DNA of 64,000 bases, taken from NCBI RefSeq assembly GCF_018350175.1, contig NC_058381.1, positions 55,366,001 through 55,430,000 of the forward strand, read 5' to 3'. The notes below the pieces were generated by a model. It saw only the letters and a program-made list of their open reading frames with translations, ran no database searches and was not told the DNA's origin. A program made the position numbers and the translations under genes. This DNA is from Felis catus. Its lineage: Eukaryota. Below, one piece after another: positions 22,001 to 34,395 of the stretch; position 1 is the stretch's first letter, and the number at the start of each line of letters is the position of its first letter.

Positions 22001-24669
22001 ACGTAGCGGTTGAGGCAAGGCAGCCTCCACGTGCTCGAGTCCCCAAGGCCCAACACATTGGTGTAACCATGGTGCATCTTGACGTGTCCATACTTGCCGT
22101 ACTCTGCAGAGAAGGACGAGCATACCTAGAGGAGGGAGCCAGGGAGGGCACCGGGGGCCGTGTCAGGCACAGTCAGGCAAAGTAGGACCTCAAGGACACC
22201 CACCGTCCCCGGATGCTGCATTTCCGGGACCTTCCTGCCTCACACCCCGGCTAATCAGACCATCTACTCTCAGGTTCCGCGACCACAGGGTAGCAGCAAG
22301 TCAAAAGAACTGCGTCCACTAGGGGTGGCGATGCTAAGAGTTTGGAGGTGAGACGCCAACCCCCACGATCGCCACTCTGTCACTGGCCACCCGACCAAGC
22401 CTGCAAGCCTGACAGGGCTCTCAGGGGACTGGGCACACTGTAGGAAGAGCTCCGGGCACCCAGCTGCAATTATTTTGCTCATGTTTATCTTGGAAACACA
22501 TCTGTATTTCCATAACGCTGCTTTGCATTCGGAGCCCAGAGCGGCAAGGGGAGGGGCGCAAGAGTGGCCTGGCCGTGAGGGTGGCGCCCAGGGTGAGGAG
22601 CCCGGGTGGGGGGCTGAGTGTGAACCTCTCCCCAGGGGTGACTCCTCTGGCACGCACCCTCACCCTCGTGGGATTCTTCGCAGCTGCCCAGGAGAAGCAG
22701 AGGCTCAGGGACCCCAAGAAGGGCAATCATTCTGAATGCAAAAGAGACAATAAGGAGTTTCTTATGCAGATATATGCAAATGAAAACGCAGACAACAGCT
22801 TCCTCCAGTATTTCATCCAGACCAGAAGATCTTGTTAATTTTATCCAAGATCGCTGCCTGCCTGTTTCCGGAAGGACTTGAGGCCAGTCACCACTGTGAG
22901 CCTCGAAAAGACAGCCGAACACCCTTCCCTGAGTGCCCAGCGTGCTGCACTTTACAAATGTGATTTGCTCATCTCCCAAGCCTAGTGAGTCAGCGGCGTT
23001 ATTATTCACAGTTGACAGAAGCAGAAACTGAGGCAGAGAGAGGCCACGTGACCACCCCAGGTGATTAACCCCAGGCCACTTGGCTAGGAAGGTGGCAGAG
23101 GTAGGATCTGAACCCAGAATCCACCCAAGATAAGCCGTAAGGCCCTGGAGATGAGCCGCTAACTCCAAGAGAGCAGGAACCCAGGCTCTGGGCCCCAGGC
23201 AGCAGAGGCAAAGCCAGGAGAAGACATATAAGGAACGACACTGTCTTCACACTCTGTTTGCAGCAACCTTCTCCCTCGGAATGAAACGGCACTGAAATAC
23301 AGCCGGAAGGTCTAGCTAAAGGATGCTGGGGCGGGGCGGGGGGGGAGAGGGACAGTTAGGGAGGTCACAACTGCGGTTTTACAACAGACACGTCAACCCC
23401 GTATTGCAGGGGCCCCTCTGGAGACAGAGGATGGGGTCCAACACTCCGTGACAGCAGCAGGAGGAGGTAATCTGCCTAGGAATGAGTTCTGCTGTCTGTT
23501 TCTATAAGCTCGCAGAGGGACGAGGTTGGGCCAGGCTGCAGAGGGCGGGCAGGTCACATGTCAGCTGAAGTGACATCTCGTGCAGGCCTGCTGGTCTCCA
23601 GAGCACGCACCCATCGGGGCCACGTGGTTGGTTCGGGTTCCAGGCTGAAGCTTTCAACAGCGGGCACACAGGGCTGTGGCTGGGGTCTGCCGGGACATCC
23701 TCAGGGGCCAGCCTGCCTCTGTCCAGGGCTTCCAGGTGTGTGTTTTGATCCTCAAGGCTCTCTCCCATGTAACTGGAACCAGCAACTGGTTTTGTTTTTG
23801 TTATATTTTACAGAGAGCGGGTGAGAGGGGCAGAGGGGAAGAGAGAGAGAGACAGAGAGAGAATCCCAAGCTGGCTCCATGCTCAGAGCAGGGCCGGATG
23901 CAGGGCTCAATCCCACGACCCTGGGATCATGACCTGAGCAGAAATCAAGAGTTGGACGCTCAACCGACTGAGCCAGCCAGGTGCCCCAAGAAGCAACTGT
24001 TTTTAATTGCTGCTTCTGTGCACCTCTCCTTCAAGGGCCAACCACACCTCTACTGCGCTGGGACGAAGTTGCCTTTCCTTTCCAGCACGGGCTCCGCATC
24101 TCCACGCACACTGGCGGCTCACTGCACTCTGACTAGTGATGTCACAAACGACCTGGCGCCTGAGTAGGGCTGAACATGGTAAGAGCTGGGCCCTCAGGGA
24201 CCCCGTCGGGTCCTCAGTCAGCTTCTCAGCCACGTGGCCAGACCCCAGGAAGCTGAGAGCTGAGCTGCATGTGACTCAGTGCACACTTCCAGAGTCTGTA
24301 CATGGTTGGCCTTTTTATATGAATAAGAACAGATTTGGGGCTATTTCTATAACACTGGAATTCTCACTCCCTTCTGGATGTTCCTTCCGTAGAGGAAAGG
24401 AGGGGGTGGCTTTGGGCTGGAAGAGAAGACTGCACGCCCTGCCGCGCGTCTCCTGCGCATGTACGCCCATCAGCCAGAAGGCAGGGGAGATGGCCAAATG
24501 CCGCGGAGGCAGCTGGGAAATGCACTGTCCGCTGTGAAGGATTGGGCAGAGGTCTCACCCAAGAGGATTCCACATGCAGACCCAGGGAGAATTCCAGAAG
24601 CCTCAAGGCTTGATGATGTCTCTCCTCCTCCTCCTCGTCCTCCTCCTCCTCCATTCCCTTCTTCTTCTT

Positions 24670-24700
<31 letters not shown>

Positions 24701-27700
24701 GTAATCTCTACATCCGAAGTGGGGCTCAAATTCATGATCCCAAGATCAAGAGTCACATGCTCCACTGCCTGAACCAGCGGGGTCCCCAACGCTGGTGTTA
24801 ACCTCTTAATGTCAACATGCAGTCCCTCCAGAAGACTTAAGGGCTCCAATCTCCTAGCAGCACTCAGGCTCTACAAGTGGCCACAGTGTGCACGGGCAGG
24901 TACCAGTGACAGTCCTCTTGCCACCTGCCCTCTGCTAAGTATCAGGGACCCCAAGTCTCCCATCATTCACTTCTTCCTTCACTCAGCTGTTTGCTCTCTC
25001 AGGCATCCTCCGCCCTCCGCCGGTGGCCAAAGGTAATTAACAGCTAAGCTGGTAGTTTGAAAACAATTATTTTTTGAATAGGAACTATGCTTACATAATT
25101 CTGAATTCAAAAAGTGGGCAGTGACAGGTTGTCTTTCCTCTTTTTCTTTAAAAAAAATGTTTAATATTTATTTTTGGGAGAGAGAGAGAGCGTGCGCTCA
25201 AGCATGAGTGGGGGAGGGGCAGAGAGAGGGAGAGACACAGAATCCGAAGCAGGCTCCAGCCTCCGAGCTGTCAGCACAGAGCCTGATGCGGGGTTTGAAC
25301 CCACGAACCATGAGATCATGTCCTGAGCCGAAGTCAAGCACTTAACTGACTGAGCCACCCAGGCGCCCCTCTTTTTTTTTTTTAACATTTATTTATTTTT
25401 GAGAGACACCATGTGAGCAGGGGCAGGGCAGAGAGAGAGGGAGACACAGAATCTGAAGCAGGCTCCAGGCTCCAAGCTGTCAGCACAGAGCCTGATGCAG
25501 GGCTCAAGCCCACAAACCACGAGATCATGACTTGAGCCGAATACACTATTTGGGATATACTTCTACAAAAACTGGCTTTTTTTACCTGAAACTCGAATTT
25601 CTCTGGGAGTCCTGTATTTTTTTTTTTTTTGCTACATCTGAAAGCCCTACTCGGTGAGGATACAAGTTTCTGAGTCTGAGTCCTCAGGTACCGGGCAGGA
25701 CCCAGGTGAACATGGTCACCTCTCAGCACTTCTGGATAAGAGAGGGGGCAGCAGTGAGGGCCAAAGCAAGAGGAGACCCTGGAAGCCTTGTCTTGATGGG
25801 AGCTGGCTGGATGTGGTCAGCCCTGAGCCATCGAGCAGCCATGATGGGATTCTCTCCCCTTTAAGGCCTTGTCCCCAGAAACTCCCCAGCTCCTCTGCTG
25901 GGCACACAGTCCCCCTTACTCCTTCTCTCCAGAGTCCAGATTTCTGTGGGTCCCTCATGTACCATGCTGTCACCCGTATCCTTGCCTTTATGTGTACATC
26001 TGCTCTGTCTGGGGCTGGGGCTGGCAGCGCTGTCCTGGCAGTTCCTCGTCTGGACACGTTCCCCAGGAGTTCTCGGCCCTGGCACTACCGACATTTGGGA
26101 CAGGGTCATTGTTGTGAGGCTTGTCCTATGCACTGAAGGCTGTTTACGGCATCCAGCCTCGACCCACCAGATGCCAGTAACACACGTGCGAGTGCACACG
26201 CACGCACACACACACAAGCACACACACACACACACACACACACCAGTCACAACAGCCAAAGATGTCTGCAGACATTGCCTAGTACCCCTGCTGTGCTCTC
26301 TCTGTGCTCACGGCCTGCACATCACCTGCTTGATGTCCCTGTCACGTTCTGCCTGTCCTGGTCCCAGCTGAGCAGCCTTGGCCAAGTGACTGAACCCCCC
26401 AGATCAGTGTTTCCTCATGTACGAAGTGAGGGTAATAACAGCGTCCCACTCATAGGGAGGCATGATTACTAAAGAAGATAATTCGGGGCACCTGGGTGGC
26501 TCAGTTGGTTGAGCATCTGACTTCAGCTCGGGTCACGATCTCACAGTTCGTGAGTTCGAGCCCCACATCAGGCTCCATGCTGACAGCTCAGAGCCTGGAG
26601 CCTGCTTCAGCTTCTGTGTCTCCCTGTCTCCACCCCTTCCCCACTTGTGGTGTCTCTCTCTCTCTCTCTCTTTTTCTCAAAAATAAATTTTAAAAATGTA
26701 AGAAAATAATTTTTTTTTTAAAAAAGAAGATAATTCATGTAAAGTACACTGTAAGCACCCAGGAAGAATCGGCCAATATAATCAGGATTTTTATTGCTTC
26801 CCCACTTGACTCTGAGCCCTTGGAGAACTAGAGCGGGTCTCACTCGCCATTGTGTCCCCAGCACGCAGAGGAGGGCTTGGACAAGCTCAGTGACGTGGAG
26901 GGCACTGCTCAGCCATCACTGCTCAGCCTGGACCAGCACTGTCTCAGCCCCCCAAGCTCCTCCCTCAACCTGTGAATCCTGTTCGGGCTGGGTAGCCACT
27001 GCTGGACTCACAGCAAGCCTGCCCTGTTGTCTCCGAGCCTCTCCCTCAAGGCTGCAACCCTTGGACTCAGGCTGCCATGCACAGATGACTGCCTGGACCA
27101 CCTAGCCCTGCTCCGGGATCCTCTGCCACTGAGAGGCCATATGCATGCCCACCACGGTCGCCACCACCAAGAGCCAAGCTGTACAGACCCACAGAAATAG
27201 GAGTTCCCAGAGTCCTCGGGCTTATCCTTTAGGAAATCACACCAAAGCTGGGGGTGGGTGGGGAGGGAGGCTGCCAGAAAGTCCATTTTGCAGATCTACA
27301 CATGATNNNNNNNNNNNNNNNNNNNNNNNNNNNNNNNNNNNNNNNNNNNNNNNNNNNNNNNNNNNNNNNNNNNNNNNNNNNNNNNNNNNNNNNNNNNNNN
27401 NNNNNNNNNNNNNNNNNNNNNNNNNNNNNNNNNNNNNNNNNNNNNNNNNNNNNNNNNNNNNNNNNNNNNNNNNNNNNNNNNNNNNNNNNNNNNNNNNNNN
27501 NNNNNNNNNNNNNNNNNNNNNNNNNNNNNNNNNNNNNNNNNNNNNNNNNNNNNNNNNNNNNNNNNNNNNNNNNNNNNNNNNNNNNNNNNNNNNNNNNNNN
27601 NNNNNNNNNNNNNNNNNNNNNNNNNNNNNNNNNNNNNNNNNNNNNNNNNNNNNNNNNNNNNNNNNNNNNNNNNNNNACACACAAACACAACACACACAGT

Positions 27701-28998
27701 GCCTATGTCAATTTCCTAGTTTGGCTATTGAAAGACACATATAAATGTAACTATTGGGGGAAGCTGACTAAAGTGGACACTGGACCTCTCTGTCCTATAT
27801 TTGCAACGGGCCTGTGAATCTATAATTATTTCAAAACAAAAGTTTTTTTTTTTACAAAAGTATATTTTATACTACAGATCTGGTTTTGCCCTCTAAATTT
27901 TTTAAAAATTTAAAAATCACAGTTGGGCATACTCAGACTAACACACTTCAGGGTTTGAGTACAGATAGAGGAAAGGGCAGAGACACAGACCAGGAGATAA
28001 TGGCCACACCACAGAACTTGAGAGTATTCAAGAATCATGACCAGGCTGGGGCTTCTGAGCTCTGTTTCCACCACTACATTGGACTCAAAGGAAGGGGATG
28101 GCATCCCCCTGTGTGACACCCCTCCCCCAGGGCAGAGCCAGCGCCCCCATGTTCTCCTTGGACCAGCTGTGGCCCCACTCCCGAAGCACAAAGCCAACTT
28201 TAGAAGGAGAGCTTGAAGTTGGGACACACTAAAGAGCTTAGTAACTGGTACAGCCTGTTCCCTCCCACTCGGGGAGCATCTTGATTGTGAGTGCAATACA
28301 GGGAAGTCCTTAAGGCCTCTGATTTCAGGAGTTAATCCTTCCCAAGCTCCGGGATTTAAGCCAATAATGGCCCTGCCCACTCCACCCTGTCCCTCCCTTC
28401 CCGAGGTCTGGTCCAGGCACATAACCTCAGACAGGGAAAGGCAGGTGCTCCTGCAGGGAAGCCATCAGTTCTCCGAGGAGTGGGTCAAAGGCTCACAAGC
28501 AGGAGGAATGGAACTTTCTCATGTAGACCAGAATGCGTCTTCAGAGGGAAGTTCACTCTAGTGTGGGCAGGTGTGTGTGACTGGGGATGCTTCAAAGAAA
28601 CAATAACTGGAGTGTCACTGCCCTGTCCCTCCTGCCTGCCACCCTCCCCCGCCCCGCTCCAGATCCAAGAGGCCAGAGAGGGCCAGGTCTTTGTCCCACC
28701 CTGAGCTCGAGTCAGCAGACCCTGGGACAAAACTGGAAAAAGCCAGGTGCCCAGGGACACCAATGATACTTGCTAACGCCTAGGGCTACAGACTAGAGGA
28801 CTGGATCATTCTATAGTGATGGTGGCTCCTGAGGGTCAAGGTTTGGGCAGAGCACAGGCAGCCAACAAGAGAAGGATCAAAGAGAGAAGACAACAGGATG
28901 TGGCAAAAGTGGAGTGTTGGGAGTCCAGGAGGGTCCTGGGCAGCGGGAACTTGTCCTTTGTGCAACACAGAGAATAGGTGCCGCAGCAAACAGCGCCC

Positions 28999-29041
<43 letters not shown>

Positions 29042-30576
29042 ACTCACATACACACTCAAGTCTGTCCAGCTTTGCACAATGCATCAACCTTTCTGTTAAA
29101 AACAAACAGCACTAACAAACAACAACCAAAACTGCTAACTCTCTCCTTGCAGTTTACAGCACGTTCTCTCCAGAGAGAAAGCAAAGCCAACACTTGGTGA
29201 GCATCCAAGAGTCGGCCCAGGCCCTAAATCAAGATCTATGTGGTCTCACTTAATCCTCAGCATGACTTCGTGGGGCCAGTAATGCTCTCATCCTGTTTAT
29301 TAGGTGAGGAAGCCAACACTGAATTAAAGACCTTGCCCAAGGTCAGGCAGCCAGCGAGGCTGGGCATGTGGCTTCAAAGGCTGTGCCCAGACACTGTCCC
29401 CTGCCTGGCCACCAAGACCAGCACCCTCCCCGAGGACTGCACTTGCCCCACTAAAGCCAGCGGTACGGGGAGACTGAGCCGTGCCCTGCCCCACACTGGA
29501 AACCAGATCCTCCCCAGAGAGTAGGCAGAACCACACTGTGCGGGGCAGAAAGCAGGGCCATTCCCACACAGGTGAGCTAGTACCTGAGTACTGAGCTGAC
29601 ACGCCCTGCAGCAGTCACAACACTGACATGACAGCCAGGCCTCCCCCACCACAAGGGGGTCACAGGCCTCTAGGCTATGACTGTCCACTAGCTGGCTTTT
29701 CCCTAGACTTTGTTGCCGCATCACCTGTAGGGGTAATCATCAACAAACATTAATGAAACACCAAGAACCCAGCCCTGTGCCAAGAGCCGAAGATACAAAG
29801 AGACAAAGATGAGGCCACTGCCCTGGGGCTCGTGGGGACAAGACAGCGTGCAGCTGCAAAGCCACGTGGGTCCCCAGGGCAGGTCACATGCTGTGATTCC
29901 ATGCAAGCTCTTCAGCTGGGGAAACTGGGGAGGCTTCTCAGTGGAGGCGTCCTCAGCTCACTGTCTTTGCCTGGCACCCACGATGGCTACTGTGCTCCCA
30001 GAGTCTAGGCCAGGGAGTTCTCAGACTTGGCTGGGTATCAGATTCACCTGGGGACCTTGGTAAATAAAGTGGCCAGGCCTCTCTCCTCCAAGAAACCAGG
30101 GCTTCCAGACCATTCAGCTGCACGATGAAGTTTGACAAGGTCACCTCTGTATAAGTAAGTCCCCTGTCATAACGTGTCCAAACTCCACACCTCCTCATCC
30201 CCAGCTGCTCCCGGGCTCCTGGCACTCAGGACAGCTTTGAAAAGTCCACACGGAACTAATCCTACCTGTCGTGTCCCCAGTTTCTCCCCTGCTCGTGATT
30301 ACAAACTGGGGTGGGCTGGGGGATGCACCTGACCCTGGCTCCAGGCCTCAGAGTCTGGCTAGCACTAGTGCCCAGGGATTTCTGGGAAGGGAAGTATCTT
30401 GAAATGGACCCTAATTGGGGCGCCTCAGGTGGCTCAGTGAGTTAAGCGTCTGACTCTTGATTTAGGCTCAGATCATGATCTCACGGTTCATGAGTTCAAG
30501 CCCCACATCAGCGCAGAGCCTGCTTGAGATTCTCTGTCTCCCTCTCTCTCTGCTCCTCCACCACTCATGTGTGCAC

Positions 30577-30619
<43 letters not shown>

Positions 30620-32518
30620 CAAGCGAGGGAGGGGCAGAGAGAGAGGGAGACACAGAATCCGAAGCAGGCTCCAGGTGCTGAGCTGTCAGCACAGACTCCA
30701 ACGTGGGGCTCAAACTCTTGAACTGTGAGATCATGACCTGAGCCGAAGTCCAAAACTTAACCAACTGAGACACCCAGGTGCCCCAATAAACATTTTTTCT
30801 AAATGGACCCCAAGGATCAGGAACCTGTAGGTTCCTCTTATTCTTAGCACTTTAGAAATGAGTGCAGGAGGGGAGGAGAAGAAAGGGAGAATGGAGAATG
30901 CTAGATAAGAAATGTATAACTTCACTGGGGTGCCTGGGTGGCTCAGTCAGTTGAGCAGCTGACTTCGGCTCAGGTCATGATCTCCTGGCCCGTGAGTTCG
31001 AGCCCTGCATTGGGCTCTGTGCTGACGGCTCAGAGCCTGCTTCGGATTCTGTGTCACCCTCTCTCTCTGCCCCTCCTCTGCTCACACTCTGTCTCTCTCT
31101 CTCTCTCAAAAATAAATAAGCATTAAAAAATATTTAAAAAAAAGAAATGTATCACTTCATAAAATGTCATTTGTGTGTCTGTAGGTGTGTATAGTTCTAT
31201 AAACCTTTGTAAAGTTACATAAAGTTAATAATTGAGTTAGTTGGTCATGGTAACGAGTGGCAGAAAAGGACCGTTTCTGGTGTCAGCTTTCATATTTGTT
31301 CCTAAGGGAGCTGGATGCCCTGGTAGGAGAAGGAAGTTCTATCGCCACTTGGTCCGGTGCCACAGAGAGGCAAGCGGGTGCCCCCAGGAGAAACAGGGGT
31401 GCCCGGGCTGGCACAGGTATGCACAGGTGCATTCCTCATGCAGCTCTCAGGAGGGGCCCGGCAGTGTAAGAGGCCTCTCAAGGGCTTGGGGACAAGCACA
31501 CACACACATAGACTTGCGAAACTGTAGAGCACGCTGTGTGCTCAGACACGCATGCCGACGGCTGTAGTGGCCCCTCCGCATGGGCACACAGCCGAACACC
31601 CCCGCTGGCTGTGGCAGAACAGTGGTGGCCCCCACAGGAAGTACCAGCAGCCACGCCCACCCCTCCCAGGCTCACCTCCACAAAGAAAAGCTCCCAGATC
31701 CTGCTCCAGCGTTTTGACTCGGTGAGGGCACCGTGTGTGGCCAGGTGGCTGCCCTTGACCGTGAGCGTGTAGTGGCACACACCCAGGATGATGATGCCCA
31801 GTGCAAGGACGAGGACATTCTCAGAGCGCAGGCTTAAGAACCCTGTATAGAGGAAGGAGAGTGGGGAGAGGGGGAGAGGGGGCAGACAGGGCCTTTCTCC
31901 AGCTCCTGGAGATCTGGGTCCAAACACCCGGGTCCCCACCGCTGGAGACCAGGCCAAAGTGGGCCCAGGGCCAGGGGCGGGGTGGGGGTGGGGGGCTGCC
32001 ACAGGCGGCGGCGGGGCAGGTCCCGGCCAGGAGAGGTCCAGGGGAAACCCCATCCCTGGTGTTCCCCCCCTAGAACATACTCCCCTCCCCCAGTCCCTCT
32101 CCTCCCTCTCAACCTTCCCCTCCACCGCCCTTCATGCCATCAGACCTTCTCCCTCCTCCAGCGCCCCATTCTCTGGGGACACAGGGCAGGACACTGCAAT
32201 CAGACTTTCGGATCTGGGGTGTACCCCTCCTTCCGGGGTCCCGGGCACGGGCCATGTCCCCCACGCCCCAGTCCCCAGCCTCTCCCCCACCCTACCCCGC
32301 ACCCCCTTCCCCAGCCGCAGCGCCGCCCTCTGTCCCCCTGTCCGGTGCTCCTCACCGGCCGGCACCGAGAGGAGGCTGAGCGCGAGGATGGCGCAGTCCA
32401 CACCGTGGCGCTCCCACCAAGAGCTCGTCCTCACCACGTCCTGAACCAGCGTCTCCAGCTCACCCAGCAGCGCCTCGCCCCCGCCGTGGCCCCGGGGAGC
32501 GCCGGGTGCCGGCTCCAT
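18855..32518 (-). CDS. FADS6: Fatty acid desaturase 6; 6 exons, 342 aa
   Basis: join(32518-32356,31842-31676,22125-21945,21344-21157,19928-19749,19004-18855) = 1029 nt. Three His boxes HLATH, HVKMHH, HVEHH, plus hydrophobic segments. Confidence 0.95.
19259..19473 (+). mobile_element. Can-SINE
   Basis: TSD aaaagctagagctccct. Confidence 0.93.
19749..19928 (-). CDS. FADS6: FADS6 exon 5 (HIGLPMFSRDK...CHVEHHLFPRLSDNMCLK)
   Basis: Acceptor tcacag, donor GTAGGC, 180 nt, third His box. Confidence 0.95.
20741..20965 (+). mobile_element. Can-SINE
   Basis: TSD tttctcaaatctt. Confidence 0.93.
21157..21344 (-). CDS. FADS6: FADS6 exon 4 (RLRKVELRSAVRT...HPYLHINIFQ)
   Basis: Acceptor tggcag, donor GTGAGG, 188 nt. 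Confidence 0.94.
21945..22125 (-). CDS. FADS6: FADS6 exon 3 (VCSSFSAEYGKYGHVKMHHGYTN...TPLVAV)
   Basis: Acceptor ctctag, donor GTGAGT, 181 nt, second His box. Confidence 0.94.
23789..23987 (-). mobile_element. Can-SINE (older subfamily)
   Basis: Reverse body; flanking agcaactg repeat. Confidence 0.85.
24620..24787 (-). repeat. (CCT)n/(CTT)n microsatellite adjoining a short older carnivore SINE
   Basis: About 13 CTT units ending near 24699, then reverse SINE head. Confidence 0.8.
25140..25369 (-). mobile_element. Can-SINE
   Basis: Reverse canonical body. Confidence 0.92.
25372..25540 (-). mobile_element. 5'-truncated Can-SINE in tandem
   Basis: Reverse body lacking the head. Confidence 0.88.
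26485..26725 (+). mobile_element. Can-SINE inserted in a MIR
   Basis: TSD aaagaagataattc. Confidence 0.92.
27307..27676. other. Assembly gap (370 N)
   Basis: Run of N. Confidence 1.
29001..29056. repeat. (CA)n microsatellite
   Basis: Direct reading. Confidence 0.95.
30417..30582 (+). mobile_element. Can-SINE, interrupted at its tail
   Basis: TSD aaatggaccc(t/c)aa at 30402 and 30801. Confidence 0.9.
30583..30784 (-). mobile_element. Can-SINE nested in opposite orientation
   Basis: (GA)n then reverse body. Confidence 0.92.
30927..31143 (+). mobile_element. Can-SINE
   Basis: TSD aagaaatgtat(a/c)acttca. Confidence 0.92.
31676..31842 (-). CDS. FADS6: FADS6 exon 2 (FLSLRSENVLV...KGSHLATHG...LFFVE)
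   Basis: Acceptor atacag, donor GTGAGC, 167 nt, first His box. Confidence 0.94.
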
Positions 32519-33100
32519 GAGGGGCCGCCAGGGCAACCCAGGAGGACTCGGGACGGTCTGCGGCGCCCTGCGAGGCGCCTAGTGCGGGCGGGGGCGGGCA
32601 GGGGCGGAGTCACGCGCTGGCTGGGGACACCCGCCCTCCGAGTCACGGTGCGTGCGGGGCACCCGAGCGCCTCCTGCCGCTCACGGCGTGCGGGGGGTGG
32701 GGGGGGGGGGATTGGGGAACCGGGAGCGACCCGGCCCGGCCCCCGGGGGCGCCCTCGGGGCGGGAGGGAACAGAAAAGCCGCAGGAGGAGCGGGCAGGTC
32801 CGTGCGGGTAGGGAGGCCACCCTGGATGGAGAATCAGCCCGGGCTAGAGGGAACTCGGGCGGAGAGTGCCGCGGAGACCCCCATGGAGAGGCGCCCACCC
32901 CACCCTCCAGACCCTTCTCGGACCCGCCTGACCTCACATCCCTTCCTCGCGTTCTCCCGTCCCCGCAGCCTCTGGAGTTTGCTGTAGCATTTTTATCTCC
33001 TAGCCTGTGTATTTTTCTCAGTAGCACTTTGCAGACGCTCCCACGTGTGACCCCGGGCACGTCTGGCTCCACCAACAGACTGGACGCTGGGCGCCGTTAC
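32300..33100. promoter_or_regulatory. FADS6: FADS6 CpG-island promoter
   Basis: CpG-rich; tandem GC boxes 32585-32607; ATTGG at 32711. Confidence 0.75.
32356..32518 (-). CDS. FADS6: FADS6 exon 1 coding part (MEPAPGAPRGHGGGEALLGELETLVQDVVRTSSWWERHGVD...)
   Basis: ATG at 32518, donor GTGAGG, 163 nt. Confidence 0.9.
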
Positions 33101-33610
33101 CTTGACGCTTTTGCTCAGGCCTTATCTTTAGCAGCTAGAACAGAGCTTGGCACATAAACATTTTTGAATTCGTGGGGCAGAAAGTTCAAGGACTCACTCC
33201 ATCCAGACAGATGGGGAGTGCGGGTCCCTCTGGTCCCAGCCTTTAGCAATGGTGACCCACGGAGAATTGGCTCTCCAGCCCAGCGATTTTTGGAATGAGA
33301 AGCTCCAAAAGGAAGAACCATAGAGAAGGGGATAACCATAGAGAAAACACACCCAGAGGTCACCCAGAGTGGGGTTCTGCAGTTCCAGTCGCTCAAGGGC
33401 GCCCACGGTCATGGCAAACAGCACCCACCCCCCTGCCTTGGGAGCAACACCATCCTGGCCCCTTTCCATCAGTGTAGCCCCAACCCGGAGCCGCTGGAAA
33501 GTCTCCCGTCACAAACCACTGTGCTCTACAGACTCCCTTGTCTGCGTCTGAGGGTCGATTCTCTTTTTTCCTTGGTTTTTGCATTCCCCTTGGTTTCACA
33601 TTGAAGTCCC

Positions 33611-33820
33611 TTTTTTTTTTTTTAATGTTGATTTATTTTTGAGAAAGAGAGACACACACACAGAACAGGGGAGGGGCAGAGAGAGACACAGAATCCAAAG
33701 CAGGCTCCAGGCTCTGAGCTGTCAGCACAGAGCCCCATGCAGGGCTCGAACCCACAAACCACGAGGTCATGACCTGAGCGGAAGTCAGACGCTTAACCCA
33801 CTGAGCCGCCCAGGCGCCCC
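33611..33820 (-). mobile_element. Can-SINE
   Basis: TSD tgaagtcc(c)ttt. Confidence 0.93.
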
Positions 33821-34395
33821 TGAAGTCCTTTTCTAAAGGAGGTCTGGCACAGCGAGGGCTGCATTTGCAGAGGGGATCTTTGGGAAGGAGGAAGAAAAGC
33901 ATGAGGAGAAGGAGGTGGAGAAAAGAAATGGAGGAGAGCTTTGTGAGGAGGTTAGGGACACTGATGACTGAGTCCTCTGTCTACCGTGGCATCTTCAGTC
34001 GTGAATTCTTATGAGCCAGTCCCTCCAATCCTGTATAAAAGGGTAAGACTTCTTTATCAGGTCAGTATTCTAAGGGGCTTACAGTCTAATAGACCAATTC
34101 TCACCTCACACACGTGCGCGTCCACCCACACACCCACATCTGGCTCCTTATAGTTTCACCACTGGTTTCCATACCCTTATTAGGTTTTGTGTTTTTCCCA
34201 CAACCCCACAGGGTGGCATCATCCCCATCTGACCCACAGAGGCACAGAGAGATGAACAGACCTGCCCAACACCCACCCCAAAGTTACTAAATGGCAGAAC
34301 AAGAACTCAAATCCAAATCTGTCTGCTCCAAACTCAATTATCGTTTGTTTCTATCGATCCTTTTTCTTTTAATTTTTTAAAAGTTTATTGACTTT

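Noticed and set aside
27145-27817. ORFs spanning N runs
   Set aside because: Artefacts of assembly gaps
31982-33157. 391-aa + strand ORF over FADS6 exon 1
   Set aside because: Low-complexity CpG-island artefact
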